From positions 30,001-62,000 of the forward strand of contig CAZHYN010000004.1 of NCBI GenBank assembly GCA_964536865.1: a stretch of DNA of 32,000 bases, written 5' to 3'. Of this stretch, positions 8,686-13,983 are shown in pieces. How positions within the stretch are numbered: position 1 is the stretch's first letter; each line of letters opens with the position of its first letter. The notes under the pieces were generated by a model. It saw only the letters and a list, made by a program, of their open reading frames with translations, did no database searches and had not been told where the DNA came from. Origin of the DNA: an uncultured Planctomycetia bacterium (GTDB taxonomy: Bacteria; Omnitrophota; Gorgyraeia; Duberdicusellales; 4484-171). Made by a program: the position numbers and the translations under genes.

Positions 8686-9396
8686 ATGAAAAGGGGTTAT
8701 TCCCTCATAGAAATTATAATGGTAGTAGTAGTCAGTCTTGTTATTGCTACCTTTACTGTGGTGGGGTATCGGCAGCTTTTGGAGAATGCTCGTCAAAGAG
8801 TATGTTCTACCAATTTAAAAGCCTTAGGGGCAGCGGTAGAGATTTATGCTTTAGAAAACGATGTTTTGCCCGCTACTTTGGGAGATTTAAAACTAGAGCA
8901 TCTTCTAAAAGGTTATGCTAAGGTGATAGATAGTAGAGATTGGTTTACAAAATTTTCTTATTTTTTTATCAAAATTAATACTCCCCCTGATGTTTATGCT
9001 CAGTTTTTAACCCCTGAAAACTTAAAAAAATATGGGGTAACTCCAGAAATATTTAGATGTCCTGCAGATACAAATGGTCCTCCTTCTTATGGTATAAACG
9101 CTAACTTGGCAGGTAAGAAGTTAGAGAATATTCCCCCGGGAGAGATTATAGTTGCTGAGTGCGACCACTATACTTTTACTTCCCAGGATGAACTTTCCTT
9201 TCGTCACTTCTCTGGTTTTGGTCTTAAGAAGCTTGCGCAGATGTTAGTAGTTGCTGAGGAAGGGAAAGGGCAAGAAAAAGGGAAAAAAATGAAGATGATG
9301 AAGAGGAAGATGATGAAGATGAAGAAGACGAAGATGATTGAAATTCCTCTGAAGGGAAGGTTAAAAAATAAGAGGAGGGATAAACAGGAGAAGTAG
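8686..9396 (+). CDS. prepilin-type N-terminal cleavage/methylation domain protein (T2SS/T4P pseudopilin-like) with a K/M-rich C-terminal tail
   Basis: MKRGYSLIEIIMVVVVSLVIA is a class III signal peptide (G|YSLIE plus hydrophobic helix). GGAGGTG RBS lies about 9 nt upstream of the ATG. Confidence 0.75.
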   Translation: MKRGYSLIEIIMVVVVSLVIATFTVVGYRQLLENARQRVCSTNLKALGAAVEIYALENDVLPATLGDLKLEHLLKGYAKVIDSRDWFTKFSYFFIKINTPPDVYAQFLTPENLKKYGVTPEIFRCPADTNGPPSYGINANLAGKKLENIPPGEIIVAECDHYTFTSQDELSFRHFSGFGLKKLAQMLVVAEEGKGQEKGKKMKMMKRKMMKMKKTKMIEIPLKGRLKNKRRDKQEK

Positions 9397-9424
9397 ATAG
9401 TAGACTCCATAGTATCTTTTTATA

Positions 9425-11788
9425 ATGAAATTTTTCAAGGATAAAGATTTTCTCTTCCCTTTAATAATTTGGTTTATAATTATTTTCTGGTATTTAATCT
9501 TTGCGTATAGTTTTTTTTACCCTTTTCGTATTCGTCTACAGGATAAACTGAATTGCCAGGCATTTTATGTATTTTCTCATCCTCCTTCCTCTGTAAACAA
9601 AGTAGTAATTGTAGCTATTGACTCAGCTTCACGCCAGTATCTTCAGCTTAAATGGCCATGGCCAAGGAGGATTACCGCTCGTCTTCTTCGTAACATTATG
9701 GAGTTCTCTCCCAAAGTTATAGGATTGGACATTATCTTTGCGGGTAAATCCTCTTCCGAAGATGATGAAGAGTTGCTCAGTGTGTTAAAAAACTATCCTC
9801 ATACAGTATTAGCGTATACTCTATCTGAAAAAAGCTGCGAATATCCCTGGGAAGGATTTAAAAGAGTGGCTCCTTCTTTAGGATTCATAAATAAGCCAGG
9901 AGAGAAAGATAGGGTAGTGAGAAGTATCCGTACCTTCTATATAGATAGAGAATGGAGGACGCATTACTCTTTAGATACCCAGATTTTAATTCACTATTTT
10001 AATATTAAAAAAGAAGATATTAAGGTTGAGCTGGCTAAAGGAATTTTCTTAGGAGAGAGACTTTTTGTGCCTTCATCAGGGGGAATAACTCCTCTTAATT
10101 ACTTGGCCCATCCTAGTGATTTTATCACCGTCCCTGCTTTTTTGGTGTTAAATAAGAAAGTCGACTCCGATATATTTAAAGATAAAATTGTCCTTGTAGG
10201 TGCTACCGACCCTTTGATTCATGATGTTTGCTCTACGCCCATAGGAGTTTTCCCAGGAGTAACAGTCATAGCTAACTCCTTGGTAATGATGTTAAGTGGA
10301 CGTTTCCTCTACTATCTTCCTTTAGGAGTAACTGTTCTTCTTTCCTTGGGTGTAGGTATTGGAATTATGATGATTAATAAGAAATTTTCTTTGAGTTTTT
10401 CTTCGCTAATTACTTTTGTAATTTTAATTTTTTCTTATTTTTTACTTCTCTACTTAAGGGCAAAAGATATTCAGATTGACTACTTTACTTTTTTCTTTCT
10501 AGGAGTTTCTGCTTATTTGGTTCCCAATGTATACAAGTATAGCTATGCCATATATATGGGCACTACACTCAAGAACCTGGCTATAAGAGATCCTCTTACA
10601 GGATTCTACACCTTCCGTTACTTTTCCTTAAAAATTGAGGAGGCATTGAAGGAGAAATCAAAAAGTATAGGATTAGTTATCATTATGTTTTCTAATTATA
10701 AAAAGCTTTCTCTAAAGTTAAGTTTTGAGCACTTGAAAAGACTGGTTAAGCTACTTTCTAATTTTCTTCAGGTGAGTGTCTCTAAGGAATTTAAGCGGTT
10801 CTTCTTCTCCCGTATTTCTGAAGATTCAATAGCAATAGCTCTTTTAGAAGAAGATAGGGAAAAGATAGAAAAATTTTTAAAAATTATGTTAGAGGAGTCC
10901 AAGCATAAAGAGTTTAAGGTGGAAGATTATTCTGTAAAAGTCTTTTTTAGAGGAGTGATATTCTACAAGAGGAAAGGGATTCGCCTGAGCAGAGAAGTTT
11001 TGCTTTCTAAAATAGAGAGTTTCTTGAGAGAATTCCGCAAAAAGAGTGATGAACTTGCTATTTTGGAATTAGAAGAAAGTAAGGAAGAGACAAGGGATAC
11101 TCTTTTGCCATGGGAAAGTTGGGATTTTTTGATTACTGATCTGGAGGAGAGAAATAAAGAATTAGAGAGGGCATTGAAAGAGACTCTCGATACCAAAAGA
11201 GAGACAGAAGAAGCATATTTTGGGCTAATTTATTCTCTTGTCAAAGCGTTGGAGGAAAAGGATACTTATACTCAAGGACATTCGGAGAGAGTGGCTAACT
11301 ATGCTAAAGCTATCGCTGAAGAAGTGGGTTTAGACGAGGAGGAGTGTGAGTTAATTTACAAAGCAGGACTTTTACATGATATAGGCAAAATTGGCATTCC
11401 TGATTATATTCTCCATAAAAAGAAAGAGCTTACCTCCCAGGAAAGGGAGTTTATAAGAAAACACGAAATAATGAGTGTAGAAATACTTAGGCCTATCAAA
11501 GCCTTCCACCGGTTGCTTCCTATAATTTTGCATCATCATGAGCGTTTCGATGGTACCGGTTACCCTTATGGTTTGAGTGGAAATATGATTCCTCGTGGTG
11601 CTCAAATTTTGGCAGTGGCAGATGCTTTTGATGCTGTAACCTGTGGTAGGGGATATAAGAAAGGAATAAGTTTTGAGGAGGCGATTAGAGAATTAGAGAA
11701 TAATAGTGGTACACAATTTAATCCTGTTTATGTTGAGGCACTGAAGAAGGTAATTAACAGGTCTTTTAAGAATGAAGATTTTTCCTAA
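9425..11788 (+). CDS. membrane sensor: CHASE2 domain, TM segments, degenerate GGDEF and HD-GYP phosphodiesterase domain
   Basis: VVIVAIDSASRQYL..WPWPRR (CHASE2). RDPLTGFYTFRYF starts a GGDEF fold, but SEDSI replaces GGDEF. HSERVANYA, LLHDIGKIGIPD and HHERFDGTGYP mark HD-GYP. Confidence 0.85.
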   Translation: MKFFKDKDFLFPLIIWFIIIFWYLIFAYSFFYPFRIRLQDKLNCQAFYVFSHPPSSVNKVVIVAIDSASRQYLQLKWPWPRRITARLLRNIMEFSPKVIGLDIIFAGKSSSEDDEELLSVLKNYPHTVLAYTLSEKSCEYPWEGFKRVAPSLGFINKPGEKDRVVRSIRTFYIDREWRTHYSLDTQILIHYFNIKKEDIKVELAKGIFLGERLFVPSSGGITPLNYLAHPSDFITVPAFLVLNKKVDSDIFKDKIVLVGATDPLIHDVCSTPIGVFPGVTVIANSLVMMLSGRFLYYLPLGVTVLLSLGVGIGIMMINKKFSLSFSSLITFVILIFSYFLLLYLRAKDIQIDYFTFFFLGVSAYLVPNVYKYSYAIYMGTTLKNLAIRDPLTGFYTFRYFSLKIEEALKEKSKSIGLVIIMFSNYKKLSLKLSFEHLKRLVKLLSNFLQVSVSKEFKRFFFSRISEDSIAIALLEEDREKIEKFLKIMLEESKHKEFKVEDYSVKVFFRGVIFYKRKGIRLSREVLLSKIESFLREFRKKSDELAILELEESKEETRDTLLPWESWDFLITDLEERNKELERALKETLDTKRETEEAYFGLIYSLVKALEEKDTYTQGHSERVANYAKAIAEEVGLDEEECELIYKAGLLHDIGKIGIPDYILHKKKELTSQEREFIRKHEIMSVEILRPIKAFHRLLPIILHHHERFDGTGYPYGLSGNMIPRGAQILAVADAFDAVTCGRGYKKGISFEEAIRELENNSGTQFNPVYVEALKKVINRSFKNEDFS

Positions 11789-12380
11789 GACTTTCTTTCT
11801 TTTTTTCTTCCTTCCTTCGTTAATTTTTGGATGCAGTTATCCAATTAAAAACTTAGATTCTCCAGGAGAGATAATAATATGTTTTGGAGATAGTATAACC
11901 CGGACAGAGGGAATTCCTTTAGAGAAAACCTACCCTGCAATTCTAAGTGAACTTTTACATAGAGAAGTTATAAATGCCGGTGTTTCTGGTGATACAACTG
12001 CCACTGCTCTAAGAAGATTAGAGAGAGATGTTTTAAGGAAGAATCCCTACTTGGTTATCGTGGAGTTAGGAGGCAATGATTTTTTAACTGGGATCTCTAA
12101 AGAAATCACTTTAAGGAACTTGGAAGAGATAATCGTTAAGATTCAAGAAGTGAAAGCTATAGTTGTTCTTTGCGATATAAGCTGTGGTTTCATCCTCTCA
12201 GGGTATAGGAAAGATTTTTACCAGTTGGCTAAGAAGACAGGTGCCATTTTCGTTTCTCAACTACTGGAGGGAATCTTAGATAATCCTTCTGCAAAACAGG
12301 ATTATATCCATCCCAATGTTGAAGGTCATAGACTTATCGCTCAAAAAATCTACCAAGTGATAAAGCCCTACCTCAAATAA
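11772..12380 (+). CDS. SGNH/GDSL-family hydrolase lipoprotein (TesA/arylesterase-like)
   Basis: Lipobox LIFGC. SGNH blocks FGDSIT, GVSGDTT, ELGGNDF and DYIHPNVEGH. Confidence 0.8.
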   Translation: MKIFPKTFFLFFFLPSLIFGCSYPIKNLDSPGEIIICFGDSITRTEGIPLEKTYPAILSELLHREVINAGVSGDTTATALRRLERDVLRKNPYLVIVELGGNDFLTGISKEITLRNLEEIIVKIQEVKAIVVLCDISCGFILSGYRKDFYQLAKKTGAIFVSQLLEGILDNPSAKQDYIHPNVEGHRLIAQKIYQVIKPYLK

Positions 12381-12455
12381 TTAAGGTAAATGTCGGACAG
12401 CAGACTTCTAATAGTTTCCCTTGATTTTAGTTATAAATCTCCAGTTCAAAGAAAA

Positions 12456-12497
12456 AGTTAATGAATGTGAGGTTAAACCATGCCGAGGGCGGGAGTC
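12456..12497 (-). repeat. duplicate of the tRNA-Leu 3' end (17 nt, positions 57-73) plus 25 nt of its 3' flank
   Basis: 42 nt match 12807-12848 with one mismatch (AGTTAATGAATGTGAG[G/A]TTAAACCATGCCGAGGGCGGGAGTC on the + strand). Confidence 0.9.
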
Positions 12498-12536
12498 AAG
12501 GCACTGAGTGCTTCGCACTATTTTAACCAGTGCCTT
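12498..12536. other. bipartite stem-loop module W abutting a tRNA-Leu 3' fragment
   Basis: Outer stem AAGGCACTG/CAGTGCCTT (9 bp). Inner hairpin AGTGC-TTC-GCACT next to the fragment-proximal strand. 8 unpaired nt (ATTTTAAC). Confidence 0.7.
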
Positions 12537-12619
12537 CATAGGGACTCTGTCCACTTGAGGCTCGGCTCATAGGAAAAAATCACAGAAAATAACTTCGCCT
12601 CGCTGTCACCCTGAAGTAT
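12533..12619 (-). repeat. about 87-nt segment homologous to 13398-13482, in inverted orientation
   Basis: Minus strand reads ATACTTCAGGGTGACAGCGAGGCG...GGACAGAGTCCCTATGAAGG. Shared blocks with the partner are ATACT, GGGTGACAGC, CAGAG and CTATGA. Confidence 0.6.
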
Positions 12620-12707
12620 TATCAAAGAAGATATTGTTAATAATTATTTTTAGAAGGTATTTAAAAAGAATAATGTAGACCCCAATTCTGACTTTAAAAA
12701 CAAAAAG

Positions 12708-12725
12708 TGCCGAGGGCGGGAGTCG
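12708..12725 (-). repeat. second isolated copy of the tRNA-Leu 3' end (positions 56-73)
   Basis: TGCCGAGGGCGGGAGTCG is identical to 12832-12849. On the minus strand it is followed by CTTTTTGTTTTT. Confidence 0.9.
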
Positions 12726-12726
12726 T

Positions 12727-12761
12727 AACAAATTCGCCAAAGGCGATTTCCCTTATTTGTT
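12727..12761. other. bipartite stem-loop module Y abutting a tRNA-Leu 3' fragment
   Basis: Outer stem AACAAAT/ATTTGTT (7 bp). Inner hairpin TCGCC-AAA-GGCGA next to the fragment-proximal strand. 8 unpaired nt (TTTCCCTT). Confidence 0.7.
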
Positions 12762-12831
12762 CCGACAATACTTTCGTTTCAGAGTTAACTTCTAGCTTAA
12801 AAAAGAAGTTAATGAATGTGAGATTAAACCA

Positions 12832-12915
12832 TGCCGAGGGCGGGAGTCGAACCCGCACAGAGTTACCTCTACCGGTTTTTGAGACCGACGCGTCTGCCAA
12901 TTCCGCCACCTCGGC
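12832..12915 (-). tRNA. tRNA-Leu (anticodon CAA), class II with long variable arm, no encoded CCA
   Basis: Minus strand: GCCGAGG TG GCGGAATTGGCAGACGC G TCGGT CTCAAAA ACCGG TAGAGGTAACTCTGT GCGGG TTCGACT CCCGC CCTCGGC A. All stems pair and the anticodon loop is CU-CAA-AA. Confidence 0.93.
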
Positions 12916-12990
12916 ATTTACTTTATATTATTATCCTACTCCTATTAGTCTTGCTCCTTAACAACTTCTCTCTTCTATTAACTACACGGG

Positions 12991-13033
12991 AACAACTAAA
13001 TTGAGCTTCGCTGTAATAACAGCGAAAGTTGTT
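12991..13033. other. bipartite stem-loop module X abutting the tRNA-Leu 5' fragment
   Basis: Outer stem AACAACT/AGTTGTT (7 bp). Inner hairpin TTCGCTGT-AATA-ACAGCGAA next to the fragment-proximal strand. 9 unpaired nt (AAATTGAGC). Confidence 0.7.
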
Positions 13034-13034
13034 A

Positions 13035-13081
13035 CCGCCACCTCGGCATTTACTTTATATTATTATCCTACTCCTATTAGT
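13035..13081 (-). repeat. duplicate of tRNA-Leu positions 1-13 plus 34 nt of its upstream flank
   Basis: 47 nt identical to 12903-12949 (CCGCCACCTCGGCATTTACTTTATATTATTATCCTACTCCTATTAGT on the + strand). Confidence 0.92.
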
Positions 13082-13200
13082 TCTGTCTATAGGATTTTTT
13101 CTATTAACTAATAATAACTACTAAATTAGTCTTTACCTCTTGACGGAGAAGACTATTTTTTCTTGGTCTCTATTTCTTTATTTGTTCCGGGAACTTTAAA

Positions 13201-13229
13201 ATCTTAGCATTAGCAAAATTCTTTGTCAA
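13201..13229 (-). promoter_or_regulatory. candidate sigma70 promoter facing the tRNA-Leu locus
   Basis: Minus strand: TTGACA (13229-13224), 17 nt, TAAGAT (13206-13201). Confidence 0.45.
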
Positions 13230-13258
13230 TTGACAATTTTTCTGTTAGATGATATATT
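13230..13258 (+). promoter_or_regulatory. near-consensus sigma70 promoter facing the tRNA-Ala array
   Basis: TTGACA (13230-13235), 17 nt, TATATT (13253-13258). The -35 is the right half of the palindrome TTGTCAATTGACAA. Confidence 0.6.
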
Positions 13259-13310
13259 TTAGTTTAAAGTTTCTCCCTAAAGTAGACAGAGCATATAGAT
13301 AGATGAGAGA

Positions 13311-13350
13311 GGCCGTAGTTTCCGCCAAAGGCGGACCCACTTATGAGGGG
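13311..13350 (+). repeat. degenerate tRNA-Ala 5' fragment (GGCCGTAGTT) followed by a 30-nt twin-hairpin element copy
   Basis: GGCCGTAGTT, then TCCGCCAAAGGCGGA, then CCCACTTATGAGGGG. The second hairpin has lost one base pair relative to the other copies. Confidence 0.75.
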
Positions 13351-13397
13351 CGATCCTTGATGGGCCATTTAAAAATAAATAAATTTCTTCTTTGGTC

Positions 13398-13482
13398 ATA
13401 CTCTAGGGGTGACAGCAAGCCGTGTTTAACTACCTCGGATTTACTTATAGGCTTGCGTCAGAGGGGCAGAGCCCCTATGAGG
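13398..13482 (+). repeat. about 85-nt segment homologous to 12533-12619 (inverted partner)
   Basis: ATACTCTAGGGGTGACAGCAAGCCG...GGCTTGCGTCAGAGGGGCAGAGCCCCTATGAGG. It contains stem GCAAGCC/GGCTTGC and hairpin GGGGC-AGA-GCCCC. Confidence 0.6.
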
Positions 13483-13495
13483 AGCGTAAGCGACA

Positions 13496-13547
13496 GGGCC
13501 GTAGTTTCCGCCAAAGGCGGACCCGCTTATGAGCGGGCAGCAGGGAG
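13496..13547 (+). pseudogene. truncated tRNA-Ala 5' fragment (positions 2-22) with the 31-nt twin-hairpin insert between nt 12 and 13
   Basis: GGGCCGTAGTT[TCCGCCAAAGGCGGACCCGCTTATGAGCGGG]CAGCAGGGAG. Identity to the tRNA stops after G22. Confidence 0.85.
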
Positions 13548-13548
13548 T

Positions 13549-13594
13549 AAGTTGTCTGCAACGTTAAGTTGCAGTATTCTTAAATATACAACTT
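13549..13594. other. bipartite stem-loop module S1 abutting the tRNA-Ala 5' fragment
   Basis: Outer stem AAGTTGT/ACAACTT (7 bp). Inner hairpin CTGCAAC-GTTAA-GTTGCAG next to the fragment-proximal strand. 13 unpaired nt. Confidence 0.7.
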
Positions 13595-13658
13595 CCTCCA
13601 TTGTTTATGATGTTAAAGATAGGCTGTCTCTTTAAAATAGAAGCTAAAGAAAAGTGAT

Positions 13659-13734
13659 GGGGCCGTAGTTCAGCAGGGAGAACGCTACGCTGGCAGCGTA
13701 GAGGTCAGGGGTTCAAATCCCCTCGGCTCCACCA
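13659..13734 (+). tRNA. tRNA-Ala (anticodon GGC), intact, CCA encoded
   Basis: GGGGCCG TA GTTC AGCAGGGA GAAC G CTACG CTGGCAG CGTAG AGGTC AGGGG TTCAAAT CCCCT CGGCTCC A CCA. The G3:U70 alanine identity pair is present. Confidence 0.95.
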
Positions 13735-13819
13735 GTTAGATTGTTAAATTCTCATTTTTAGGTGATATAAATGTTTTTATTAATAGATGGTAATTTTTAA
13801 GGTTTTCCAGTAAAATTGC

Positions 13820-13872
13820 GGGGCCGTAGTTTCCGCCAAAGGCGGACCCGCTTATGAGCGGGCAGCAGGGAG
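13820..13872 (+). pseudogene. second truncated tRNA-Ala 5' fragment (positions 1-22) with the 31-nt insert between nt 12 and 13
   Basis: GGGGCCGTAGTT[31-nt insert 13832-13862]CAGCAGGGAG. It is a copy of 13496-13547 offset by 325 bp. Confidence 0.85.
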
Positions 13873-13873
13873 T

Positions 13874-13919
13874 AAGTTGTCTGCAACGTTAAGTTGCAGT
13901 ATTCTTAAATATACAACTT
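13874..13919. other. bipartite stem-loop module S2 (copy of S1)
   Basis: Identical to 13549-13594, offset by 325 bp. Confidence 0.7.
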
Positions 13920-13983
13920 CCTCCATTGTTTATGATGTTAAAGATAGGCTGTCTCTTTAAAATAGAAGCTAAAGAAAAGAGAT

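Noticed and set aside
8599-8921. ORFs 8599-8796 (-) and 8676-8921 (+)
   Set aside because: They overlap the comF/pilin intergenic region and the well-supported pseudopilin frame (class III signal peptide with RBS). They are low-complexity translations.
9204-9410. 68-aa antisense ORF rich in F/I/L
   Set aside because: It is the antisense reading of the purine-rich GAAGAT repeat at the pseudopilin 3' end, a compositional artefact.
12694-12961. ORFs of 71 aa (-) and 84 aa (+) across the tRNA-Leu locus
   Set aside because: Both overlap the tRNA-Leu gene and its duplicated fragments. There are no translation signals.
12708-13047. Split-tRNA halves, Nanoarchaeum-style: GTAACAA after the Leu 5' fragment is complementary to TTGTTAC before the 3' fragment
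   Set aside because: The two fragments together lack the D-loop, anticodon arm, variable arm and 5' T-stem, so they cannot assemble a tRNA. Each 7-mer also has a closer local pairing partner within its own module (X or Y).
13129-13163. Hairpin GTCTT(TAC)CTC-TTGACG-GAG-AAGAC followed by TATTTTTTCTT, an intrinsic-terminator look on the + strand
   Set aside because: No plus-strand gene ends nearby, since the nearest stops at 12380. It lies downstream of the predicted minus-strand promoter, in the wrong orientation to terminate it. The stem is weak with a bulge, so it was left uncalled.
13303-13635. 110-aa ORF (MREAVVSAKGGPTYEG...AVVSAKGGPAYE...)
   Set aside because: It runs through the tRNA-Ala fragments, twin-hairpin elements and the repeat segment. 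Its internal peptide repeat only reflects the DNA repeat. It has no RBS and is GC-patch driven.
13601-13638. Internal promoter for each tRNA-Ala within spacer S (TAAAAT at 13633-13638)
   Set aside because: The best -35 candidates at 16-18 nt (ATGTTA, TGTTAA) are poor, and the -10 alone is expected by chance in AT-rich DNA.
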